A DNA stretch of 52,199 nt. Source: Ascoidea asiatica JCM 7603 (taxonomy: Eukaryota; Fungi; Ascomycota). Positions within the stretch are counted from its first letter, which is position 1, and each line of letters starts with the position of its first letter. Below are positions 1-10,444 of the stretch, piece by piece. The notes beneath the pieces were generated by a model. The model saw nothing but the letters and a program-made list of their open reading frames with translations, made no database searches and had not been told where the DNA came from. The DNA lies in contig BCKQ01000001.1 of the NCBI GenBank assembly GCA_001600695.1, forward strand, positions 1,616,258 through 1,668,456, in the 5' to 3' direction. A program made the translations under genes and the position numbers.

Positions 1-3000
1 AACCAAGTTAATAAACATATATATAATTAATAAAAGAAGAAACCATTACATGAACTAATGATCTTTTTGAAGCTTTGAATAAAATGCATAACAGTAGACA
101 TTATTGGATTTTAATCCTTTTAAAGAAGTATAAACAGGTTCCTATTGTTTGAGATTCTAGTAGTATCATTAAAAACACATATTTGAAGGGTAAAAAAGGG
201 GTGGAGACATGTGATATAACCGAAGGCAGAAGTAAAGAAAAGGGTAATAAATAAAAGTGCCGGTCAAATTACTGTTCAAACATTTTGGGATTCATTTGTT
301 TGAGGTGGGCCTCTTTTATTGTTTAAAGGCCCACAATTATTTATGGGAAATTGGATTTGGGATAGGATATATTCCATGGTACGGATAAATAGCTAAATGT
401 CAATATAATTTTTGTTCAAAAGTTGTTACGCCTTATATTTCCTAATCAAGTAAATATGCGCCGTTATGAGGCTGAAAATGTTTGCAAATAGAGATGTTGT
501 GTCTGCAAATAGAGATGATGTGACTTCACTTAGTATTTCTCTCTTTGAACATTAACAGACTTTCAATCAATGATTCAAAAGCTCGAAGTCATTTTAAATC
601 AATACTCTGGTTAATTATCATTATCATATTATCATTATTCCAATCAATAAATGCAATAACTCTTACCCATTCACCTTAGTTTCGAGTCTTTTTATTTTCA
701 AGGTACAATTAAAAATAATAATTAAATAGCCTTTTATAATCTTTTTGGTTAATTCCGAATTCAATGAACTATTGTTTTTCCCAAACTATCCTAGTTTGGT
801 CGTAAGAATATATTTTTTTCAAATTATTTTTTCCACAGTTTTACATTAACGAGATTTATTGGTGGAGAAATAATCTGCTATGATTATTTATCAGAATCAA
901 TTATTGAGGAAATCATTTATCAATGACTAATATAATCTGAATATTTTTTTTCGGAAGATAGCGAGTAAATCAGAATAAACTTATTTTTTGGTAAATTTTC
1001 AAAATTATATTTTAAAAATACTCCTAAATTATTAATGTTGATAGTCACAAATCAAAACCATAGGGAAACCGTTATTTTGGCTTTTTTCCGATTAGGTTAA
1101 ATCTTAAAATTGTATAATAATATCCATAAATTTCTATTTTTCATATTTGCAAAAATCTCTTGAAAAATTTAAAATCATTATATTGTTATTACATTTTAGC
1201 AAAACTGATTCAAAATTGATTCAAATTTTGTTTTTTTAAATTTCATTGGTTCCTAATATTTTTAACTAAAACTAAGTTTTAATTGGTCTAAGTATCACTT
1301 TTTCATTCCTTTATGTTTTTTTTTTCATTTTTGATCAATTTATAACATTTACCAAGGAACTCTTTTTAATTACATAAAAAAGAGAAAAAAAAGGTAAAAT
1401 GATCTAGTCATTTAAAGAAAGAAACTCAAGACACTTGAAAATTATTTTTGATCAAAAAGATGAAAAAGAAGTCGCATTTTAGGTGAAAAAAGCTAGATTA
1501 AAATAAGAAAGTGATTCTCTCTTTTAAAGAAAATTAACTGCTTCTATCATTTCTATAATCTAATTGTAATGCTTCATAAAGTAACTTATCCATTAACTCA
1601 TTCATTCATTAAAAATTTTAACTTTTGCACTTTCTTATTGCATGATAATACTAGTAGTTTCTTGAAATGATTTTGAATATTAAAATAAAATATAGTATGC
1701 ATGTAAATAATCTGAAAAATAAGTTTGATTATAAATGAAATGTAATAACTCAATATAGTATCAAAAAAGAAAAAAGATATTTTAAAAATTATTCAAATTC
1801 CTATCGCTCCAGTTAAAATTTCAGTAAAATAATTTCTTTTCTTCATTATTGAATGATTTGTATTTAAAATTATATTATTCACCTCGATAAGATTATATAA
1901 TACTAAACCTTAATATTCAAGAAAGTAAATCATTTAAATATTATTGAATATACTTTATTTGATATTCATATATTTAAATTTACTTTTTATCTAGAATAAA
2001 AAAATCATTTTAATCTTAATCTAATTTTCTGATTTTTTTTAGTTTTTTGAAAAATTCGAGGTTAATATTATATTTTGAAAAATCTTAACCCATTTTCTTT
2101 CAAAGTATATTATACTATTTAGTTCTAAACCATTGTAGACTGAGAATTAGACTAATTTCATTCAAAATTATTACCAATTTTTCTGTTTCTGTTTTTGATT
2201 TTGATTTTTTATATTTTTTTTTTTTTTTTATTGAGAGATTATTAAGAAATTGATGACAAGTTGAATATGATTTGAATTTCCTTTTTTATATTTCAAATTC
2301 ATCCAATCTGGAAACCAGAAGAGACTTGTCTGAATTAATCCTTTATTCAATTTTTGAAAGCTTTTTTTCCACTTCTGATTCTAATAAATTTTGAATCGAG
2401 CTTAATTAACTCTCTTCTGTACATTAAAGATTATAAATTTTTTAAATTGCACTACAGGTAATCTTAGATAAAATAAATGATTACGAGTTAATGTAGGAAC
2501 CGCAAGTGAAATGTAATATAAAATCAAAGTCACTTTCTAGTTTTCAAAACTTTCAAAACTTTCAGAATGTCAATCAATCAAAGCAAAAAGTGAAAAGAAA
2601 AAATCTGCAAGAAGTCTAATAACTATATTCGATGATTCATACTTTTATAAACTCTAGAATTAAAATTTTTTGAAAAAATTTGAAAATTGAAGCCATGCAC
2701 AAAAGACAAAAACAATTCTCACCTTTCAGGTCACTGATTATTCTGATAATTTTACGATTTTTTAAATTTGAATTTTAATTTATAAAACTTATGATATATT
2801 CAGATAATCTAAAACTAAAATATTCTTTCTTGATTTTTATTCAAATTTAAAAATCATTTATAGTATCTTATCGGCCGACAAAAAAAAACAATTAATTGTA
2901 TAATTATCATTTAAATTGTTCAATAAACTTATAATCTATAAGATTTTCATTTGAACTTTCATTTTACTCGAGAAAAAAAGAAAATGAACTTAAAAAGGTA

Positions 3001-3259
3001 AGTATCGCCAGGAAAAAATCAAATTTAACACTTTGAATATACAAATAACAAAAATAATCCTTTGATTATACAGTAATGAGAAAACAACAATAATTTTCAT
3101 TCATCGTTTTTGAATACTTTTATAGTTATGATAATGATAATGATGTTGATAAAGATAAAGATCGTTATTTCTAGAATTGTTTGTGATTTAGAAACTGACG
3201 CCAGATTCATGGACGAGGTCTGAGAAACGTTGAAGAAAAGAAAACAAAAGTGAAGTTTG

Positions 3260-3267
3260 CCGGGTAA
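3260..3267 (-). promoter_or_regulatory. Reb1-type site (TTACCCGG) upstream of SNU114
   Basis: CCGGGTAA exact match about 190 bp upstream of the ATG, in a GC-richer patch. Confidence 0.5.
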
Positions 3268-3459
3268 ATGATAAGATCCAGAATGGCGGGTCTGAAACTC
3301 ACGGAAATTTCTTTCACGAATTTAAGTAAAGTTTATAAATTTTAGAAGTCGACCCAAGATTTGACAAGAGAAATTGGAATAATAATTATCAAATATAGAC
3401 TTGGAATCCTTTAGATTGATCATAAAAATTAAACAATATACTTAAGAACAAGAATAGAA

Positions 3460-6400
3460 ATGGATGAAAATCTTTATGATGAATTTGGAAATTTCATAGG
3501 CGAAGAATCTGACTCAGATGATGAATCTGCCTCATCTTCTTCTGAAGTGGAAAATAATAACAATCATTCCGAATCTTCAGACAGTGATAATGATTCTGAT
3601 AATGAAGATTCTGATCAAGATGTAAATGAAGATGTTAATGTGGATCAAAATATGGAAGAAGATGAAAAAAATGACAATATAAGTGGAAATGATAATCAAG
3701 TTGAAAAGCAAAATGGTTCAAGTAATAATAATAATACTGAAAGTAGAAGTGTTGTACCTTATGAACAAAAAAAACATTATTCATCAATTTCAGAAACTTT
3801 TGGTCCTGATGTTCATGTTTCAATTCAAAAAACTGATAATCAATCAATAAATGAACCTTTATTGAAACCAATTGAAAATAAAAAAATAATAATTGAAGAA
3901 AAAAATTTACCAGAATTAAATTATTCAAGAGAATTTTTATTTGATATAATGAAAAATGTACCTGAAAGAATTAGAAATGTATCATTAATTGGACCTTTTC
4001 AATCTGGTAAAACTTCATTTTTAGATATGTTAGTTTTACAAACTCATAATTCAATTATTGAATCAGATACTTTAAAATATTATAAACCTTTAAGATATAC
4101 TGATAATCATATTCTTGAAATTAAAAGAGGTTTATCAATAAAAGCTTCACCAATATCATTATTATTACCGAATTTAAAAGGAACTTCATTTGCTTTAAAT
4201 ATAATAGATACTCCTGGTCATACAAATTTTTTAGATGAAGTTGCAATATCTCAAAGATTATCAGATACATGTATTTTAATATTAGATGTTGTTGAAGGTT
4301 TTACATCAACATCAAAATTTTCATTAATAAATTGTCTTAAAAATAATATATCTTTTACAATTGTTATAAATAAAATTGATAGATTAATTTTAGAATTAAA
4401 ATTACCACCATTTGATGCGTATAATAAAATGCTTTATACAATTCAAGAAGTTAATAGTTTTTTAATTGAAAATAAAGATCTATTAAAAAATTATTCACAT
4501 TCAAAATATTTTTCACCAGAATTAGGTAATGTTTGTTTTTCATCATCAACTTTACAATTTTGTTTTTCATTATCAAGTTTTGCAAAAATTTATTTAGATA
4601 AATATAATTTAGAATTTGATATTTTTGAATTCTCAAACAATTTATGGGGAGATATTTATTTTAATGAAATTAATGGAGAATTTTCAAATGATGAAAATCA
4701 AAATTCAGAACAAAAAAATACATTTATTTTTTTTATTTTAGAACCTTTATATAAAATTATAACTTCAACAATTTCAAATGAACCTGAAGATATTAAAAAA
4801 ATTTTTAAAAAAAATTTTAATATATCTTTAAATAAAAATGATTATAAATTAGATACACCAATATTATTAAAAAAAATTTTTAAAAAAATTTTTATTGATT
4901 CAAGTGGATTAATTGATATGTTAGAAAAAAATTCACCATCACCAATTGAGAATAGTAAAAATTTTTTAAAATCATATATTAAAAATTATAAAGATGATGA
5001 AAAAAATAAAATTGATAAATATATTATAGATTGTAATAAAGATGGACCATTAATTGCACATGTTTCAAAATTAATTGCAAGAAATGATGGTAAAAAATTT
5101 TATGGATTAGTTAGAGTTTTATCAGGTACATTAAAAATTAATAATGAAATTCAAATTTTAGGAGAAAATTATAATAAAGAAGATAATGAAGATATTTCAA
5201 AATGTTTTATTGAAGGATTATTTATACCTGGTGGTAAATATAAAGTTGGTATAAATGAAATTCCAAGTGGAAATATTGGATTAATTGAAGGAATTGATAA
5301 ATATTTAACAAAAACAGGTACAATTTATGATATTTTTTTAAATGAAGATAAATTTTTTTTAAAAATTTTTAAAAAAATAGATTATTTAATTAAATCAGTA
5401 TTTAAAGTTGCAATTCGACCAGAAATTCCATCAGAATTACCAAAATTATTAGAAGGATTAAGAAAAAGTAATAAAGGATATTGTGGTAGTTCAATAAAAG
5501 TTGAAGAAAGTGGTGAACATATAATTTTAGGTAGTGGAGAATTATATCTTGATTGTTTATTACATGATTTAAGAAGATTATATGAAGAAATTGATATTCG
5601 AATTAGTGATCCATTTATAAAAATTTGTGAAACATGTTTAGATGAAACATTAAATAAGATATTTATTGAAAGTTCAAATAAAAAAAATAAAATTTCAATA
5701 ATTTGTGAACCTTTAGAAGAAGAAATTATTAAAGATATTGAAAATAATAAATTTTTAAAATTTAATGAAATTAATGAATTAAATGAAAAAGAAATATCTA
5801 AAATTTTTCAAAAAAAATATAAATATGATATATTGGCAGCAAGAAATATATGGAAAATTGGACCAGAAGAAGATGAATGTAATTTACTTATAAATGATGT
5901 TCTTGAAGATGATTATGATTTTGAAGATAATGAATATGAAGATGAAGATGAAGAGAATAGGAAAAAAATAGATAAGAATAAATTAAAAAAATTAGAAAGT
6001 GTTAAAGAAAGTATATGTTCTGGATTTAAATGGGCAATAAATCAAGGACCATTAGGAGATGAAAATATTAGAAATGTTAAATTTCGAATAATTGATATAA
6101 AATTATCAGATAATTTATTTGAAAGAGGAGATGGACAAATTATACCAATGATTAGAAAAGCATGTTATATTGGAATTTTAATGTCAAAACCAAGAATTTT
6201 AGAACCTTTATATTCAATTGAAATAATTTGTTTTGAGAAAAATATAAAAATAATTAAAGAAATTTTAAATAAAAGAAGAGGAAATTTATTAAAAATTAAA
6301 AGAATTGTATCTACAGAATTATGTGAAATTATATGTAAAATTCCAATAATTGAATCAATTGGATTTGAAATTGATTTAAAATTAATATGTTTTGGTAAAA

Positions 6401-6624
6401 TAAAAATTTTATTTAATTTTTTAAATTGGGAAATTTTACCTGGTAATCCATTAAATTCAAATTGTTATTTACCAAAATTAAAACCAGTACCAATAAAAAG
6501 TTTAAGTAGAGATTTTATTTTAAAAATTAGAAAAAGAAAAGGTATTACTGGAAAACCAAATATTAATAAATATTTAAGTAAAGAAGAAATTGAAGTTTTA
6601 AATTTAAATTTTGATGAAAATTAA
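3460..6624 (+). CDS. SNU114: U5 snRNP GTPase (EF-2-like) Snu114
   Basis: N-terminus MDENLYDEFGNFIG followed by an acidic tract; G motifs GPFQSGKT, DTPGH, NKID; EESGEH, GELYLDCLLHDLR; C-terminal RDF..K.RKRKG. Confidence 0.96.
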   Translation: MDENLYDEFGNFIGEESDSDDESASSSSEVENNNNHSESSDSDNDSDNEDSDQDVNEDVNVDQNMEEDEKNDNISGNDNQVEKQNGSSNNNNTESRSVVPYEQKKHYSSISETFGPDVHVSIQKTDNQSINEPLLKPIENKKIIIEEKNLPELNYSREFLFDIMKNVPERIRNVSLIGPFQSGKTSFLDMLVLQTHNSIIESDTLKYYKPLRYTDNHILEIKRGLSIKASPISLLLPNLKGTSFALNIIDTPGHTNFLDEVAISQRLSDTCILILDVVEGFTSTSKFSLINCLKNNISFTIVINKIDRLILELKLPPFDAYNKMLYTIQEVNSFLIENKDLLKNYSHSKYFSPELGNVCFSSSTLQFCFSLSSFAKIYLDKYNLEFDIFEFSNNLWGDIYFNEINGEFSNDENQNSEQKNTFIFFILEPLYKIITSTISNEPEDIKKIFKKNFNISLNKNDYKLDTPILLKKIFKKIFIDSSGLIDMLEKNSPSPIENSKNFLKSYIKNYKDDEKNKIDKYIIDCNKDGPLIAHVSKLIARNDGKKFYGLVRVLSGTLKINNEIQILGENYNKEDNEDISKCFIEGLFIPGGKYKVGINEIPSGNIGLIEGIDKYLTKTGTIYDIFLNEDKFFLKIFKKIDYLIKSVFKVAIRPEIPSELPKLLEGLRKSNKGYCGSSIKVEESGEHIILGSGELYLDCLLHDLRRLYEEIDIRISDPFIKICETCLDETLNKIFIESSNKKNKISIICEPLEEEIIKDIENNKFLKFNEINELNEKEISKIFQKKYKYDILAARNIWKIGPEEDECNLLINDVLEDDYDFEDNEYEDEDEENRKKIDKNKLKKLESVKESICSGFKWAINQGPLGDENIRNVKFRIIDIKLSDNLFERGDGQIIPMIRKACYIGILMSKPRILEPLYSIEIICFEKNIKIIKEILNKRRGNLLKIKRIVSTELCEIICKIPIIESIGFEIDLKLICFGKIKILFNFLNWEILPGNPLNSNCYLPKLKPVPIKSLSRDFILKIRKRKGITGKPNINKYLSKEEIEVLNLNFDEN

Positions 6625-7127
6625 TTCCGATTTAAAATAGAATTTCAAAATGCATATATCCGAATGATGTTTATTATTATAAAATAAAATAAAATAAAAT
6701 AAAGTGAAATAATAAAGTTAGTTTATAGGGACTTTAAGATACTGTATATACAAATTGTATTTAATGTAAATTGAAAAGGTTAATAATTGATAATAAGCAT
6801 CAAAGATAAAAGATAAATAAAGTTAAGAATATTACCCCAGATTTCATCGGAAAATAATAAGAAATTTGCAGATTATTATTATATAATCGAGTATTATACA
6901 ATATTATATATAGACTATGTGATACATTTATTAGACTTACTATGAGAAAGCTTAAAAAAGTAGGGGTTTTTCAGTAAAAAAGGTGAAAAAAAGCTAGTTT
7001 TGAAGGTTTGCCATTTTTTAGTATTTGAGATGAGCAAAGCGAAATTTGAATTGTGGGGTTGAAGCTTACAAATCGAAGGGAAATCTCGGTTCGGGAGACA
7101 AGGCAAGCCAGAGAAGTGAGTGGTAAT

Positions 7128-7135
7128 GTCACGTG
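7128..7135 (+). promoter_or_regulatory. Cbf1-type site GTCACGTG in the GC-rich promoter island upstream of the bHLH gene
   Basis: Exact RTCACGTG match; a PAC-like GAGATGAGC lies at about 7027-7035 and TCACATG at about 7250. Confidence 0.45.
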
Positions 7136-7953
7136 TATATATATATTGTATTTGTGACTGTAGCCAGTGATAACAAGTAACAACCAGGAAAGACAGGCGC
7201 CCCGAGGACCGAGAGCCAAGCGTGAACTCTCGGAAGAGCCAGCGGAGCATCACATGCCAGCGCAAGAACACCGCGGTGGTGCCAGAGCCACGGAGCTCGC
7301 AACGGGAACGAGCGAGGAATGTGCTGTGTGCAGACCGTAGCAATACTGGCATTACTGGCAATAGTGAAGAGATATTAAGTAATGTAGAAGCGATGAAGTA
7401 ATGAAGTAATGTAATATCAAAGAAGTAACAAGTAATAGCTAACAGAAGTAGAAGTAGATAGATATACTGTCAGTTATAATAGTAAGTTACTGTTTTATTC
7501 TATTTCCAGTTTGTTGTCTTTATTCCCACAAAGCACCACCCCAAATATATTAACTCTTAGTCTCAGTCCTAGTCTTAGTCCCTTGACACTTTACAGTTTC
7601 TTTCCGTTCTAATTTGATTCATATCACTTGAATCACTCAAATCATTTCAATCATTCAAATCATCCATTTCTTCAAACCCAAACAAACTGAAAATATCAGA
7701 TATTTATGTTTATTCAGTAATCAATATATGTAAATATATAAAAAAAACTATTATAATAATATAATATAATACAATAATTATAATATAACAAGATAATATA
7801 AATATTCTCTTGTGCGCAAGTTCAAATTTTATTCTTTTATGTTTCTTATAAGATTATTTTAATTAAACCATTAAATTAAACCACCAACAATTTTAAATAT
7901 TTATCCGTTACTTAATATCAACAACCCTATACCCATCATATTAATAAAACAAC

Positions 7954-7992
7954 AAATTGTTCAAATTGTTCAAATTGTTCAAATTGTTCAAA
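7954..7992 (+). repeat. Tandem repeat (AAATTGTTC)x4, followed by an (AATC)n microsatellite
   Basis: Directly visible in the leader of the bHLH gene. Confidence 0.85.
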
Positions 7993-8111
7993 TCAATCAA
8001 TCAATCTATCAATCAATCATTCTATCAGTTCAACAATTTACAAAAATAAGAAAAATAATCATTATCAGTTAACGTTACGCAATTTAATTCAATAAATAAC
8101 AATCAATTAAA

Positions 8112-10097
8112 ATGTCACAATTGAATTTAAATTTAAAAACTGTTTTATTTCCTCAATCAATCTTAAATTCACATTCAGATTCAAATAAATTATCAAATAT
8201 GTCTTTAGATACAAATATAAATACAAATAAAATATCATTATCTGATGCTGATGTTGATGTTGATTCTTCTTCAAATTTAGATAACTTATCTAATTTTAAT
8301 CACATAAATAGTATAAATAATATAAATAATATAAATAATATAAATAATATAAATAATATAAATAATTTTAATAATTTATCAAATATTAATAATATCCTGA
8401 ATAATAAATTTTATTCAAATTCAAATTTAAATTCAATACAAATTTCTGATAAATTATCTTTTTTAAAAAAAGCTGCTTTAAATAATTCAAATTTAGATGA
8501 TTTAAATCCAGATGATTTTGATACTGCTTTAATTATATATAATAAAGAAATGAAAAAACAAGCTGAAAGAAAAATTGAACAATTAAAACAATTTCAATAT
8601 CAAAATTATATTCAAAATAAACATTATAATAATTTATATCAAAATAATATTAATATTATAAATAATTCTAATAATTCAATAAATTCAACTAATTATACTT
8701 ATAATCAAAATATAAATAATCAAAGTATAAATGATAATAATAATAATAATAACAATAATAATAGTAATAATAATAAACAATATTCTTCAGATTCAAATAA
8801 TATAGATCAATATGATTCATTAATCTCAAGCGCCTTGACAACAAATTCAAATGTAAATTCAAATTCAAACTCCAATTCAAATTCAAATCCAAATACAACT
8901 ACATCAACAACTACAACTTCTTTAAATTCAGAATCTCCAAATGATTTATTTTTCGATAATATAACTAATTTAAATGATGATAATTTAGATTCAAATGATT
9001 TCTTTGATTCTTTATTATCTACAAATGAATCTAATGCTCTTCAAAATTTCTTAGATAATTTAGTAACTGATTCAAATGATAATGAAAATTTCAATAATAA
9101 TAATAATAATATCAATAATCATATCAATAATCATAATTTCTTAAATGATAATATAAATAATAAAATAAATTCAAATTCAAATTCAAATTCAATATCTCCA
9201 TGGACTCCACCAAATCAAATTCAGAAATTAAATGATAATTCAAATTTTTTTCAAAATTCAAATCAAAATATTTCTCAAGTTGATGAACTTTTAAAAAATT
9301 TTAATTATGAAATTGGTATGACTTCAAATTTAAATTCTTCTTTATCCAATAATCTTAACTTTAATAATAATCATCATAAATATACTCCATTTAATGAATC
9401 TAATAATCTTGCTCATCATAATCCTCTTTCTCTTTTATCTAACTCAATTGATTATATTCACAATAATTCTAATACTACTACTACCACTAATAATAATAGT
9501 AATTCATTACCTAATATAAATATAGATTCAATAGTAAGTTCTTCTTCAACTCCTGAATTTCCAAAAGGTTTAGTCTTATTAAGTAATAATTTAAAAAATA
9601 ATAAAGAAATAATAAATCAAAATTCTAATATTATAAATAATCTGAAAATTGAAGATGATATTGATATTGAAAATAATTTCTTATTCAAAAATAAAATTAA
9701 AGATTCAAAAATTATTTTAAATTCTAAAAATTCAATAAGGAAAAAAAGAAAAACAAGAAAAAAATTATTAACTGAAGAAGAAAAAAGATTAAATCATACA
9801 ACTTCTGAAAAAAGAAGAAGAAATCAAATCAAAGAATCTTATGAAAAATTAAGATCAATTTTACCTTTAAATGAAGAAAATGAATTAAAAGCTTGTCAAG
9901 AAGAAGATAATGATAATGATAATGATAATGAATCTGAAAATAATTCAATAAATTTAAATTCTAAATCAAGTACAAAAAGTGAAAAACCTTTTTCTAAATA
10001 TTATGTTTTAAGTGTTGCTGGTGATGAAATTGAACGGTTATTGCGAATTAATAATGAATTAAAAAAAATATATGAAAATAAAGGAATTGAAATATAA
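8112..10097 (+). CDS. INO2: Asn-rich bHLH transcription factor, Ino2-like
   Basis: C-terminal bHLH KLLTEEEKRLNHTTSEKRRRNQIKESYEKL...SKYYVLSVAGDEI; internal LLSTNESNALQNFLDNL resembles a conserved Ino2 segment. The bHLH call is firm; Ino2 versus Ino4 is less certain. Confidence 0.7.
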   Translation: MSQLNLNLKTVLFPQSILNSHSDSNKLSNMSLDTNINTNKISLSDADVDVDSSSNLDNLSNFNHINSINNINNINNINNINNINNFNNLSNINNILNNKFYSNSNLNSIQISDKLSFLKKAALNNSNLDDLNPDDFDTALIIYNKEMKKQAERKIEQLKQFQYQNYIQNKHYNNLYQNNINIINNSNNSINSTNYTYNQNINNQSINDNNNNNNNNNSNNNKQYSSDSNNIDQYDSLISSALTTNSNVNSNSNSNSNSNPNTTTSTTTTSLNSESPNDLFFDNITNLNDDNLDSNDFFDSLLSTNESNALQNFLDNLVTDSNDNENFNNNNNNINNHINNHNFLNDNINNKINSNSNSNSISPWTPPNQIQKLNDNSNFFQNSNQNISQVDELLKNFNYEIGMTSNLNSSLSNNLNFNNNHHKYTPFNESNNLAHHNPLSLLSNSIDYIHNNSNTTTTTNNNSNSLPNINIDSIVSSSSTPEFPKGLVLLSNNLKNNKEIINQNSNIINNLKIEDDIDIENNFLFKNKIKDSKIILNSKNSIRKKRKTRKKLLTEEEKRLNHTTSEKRRRNQIKESYEKLRSILPLNEENELKACQEEDNDNDNDNESENNSINLNSKSSTKSEKPFSKYYVLSVAGDEIERLLRINNELKKIYENKGIEI

Positions 10098-10444
10098 TAT
10101 TTTTTAAAATTTTTACTTAATTTCAGTACATAATCCTATTTCATTGTAGTTAATACCATTTTTTTTTAAATTTTTTTTCTTTTAATTTCTTTCTTATAAA
10201 TGTACATTATTACTGTTAAGATTTCAAATCTTTTTATGCTTTCTTTTAAAAAATATTTTTGAACATTTCTTCATTCTATAAATATAAATTGATTTTTATA
10301 AACATATATACTATAATGACTCATTGAACATAGACTTCAAAAAAAAAATAAATTAAATTCAAAAAAGTAAATAATAAGTAGCAATTAATAATTAATAATT
10401 AAATTTTAGCAAGTTAGAAGAAAGAATATTAGATATACTATAAA

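Noticed and set aside
7060-7092. GAAGCTTACAAA and GGGAAATCTCGG, reminiscent of RNase MRP / RNase P RNA segments
   Set aside because: The other conserved regions of these RNAs were not found in the correct order
6915-7361. 148-aa and 82-aa minus-strand ORFs
   Set aside because: They lie in a GC-rich promoter island where stops are scarce; codon usage is unlike real genes and there are no recognisable motifs
7482-7560. Possible 5' UTR intron GTAAGT...TATTAAC...TAG upstream of the bHLH gene
   Set aside because: The branch site is non-canonical compared with the two clear introns here; likely chance in AT-rich DNA
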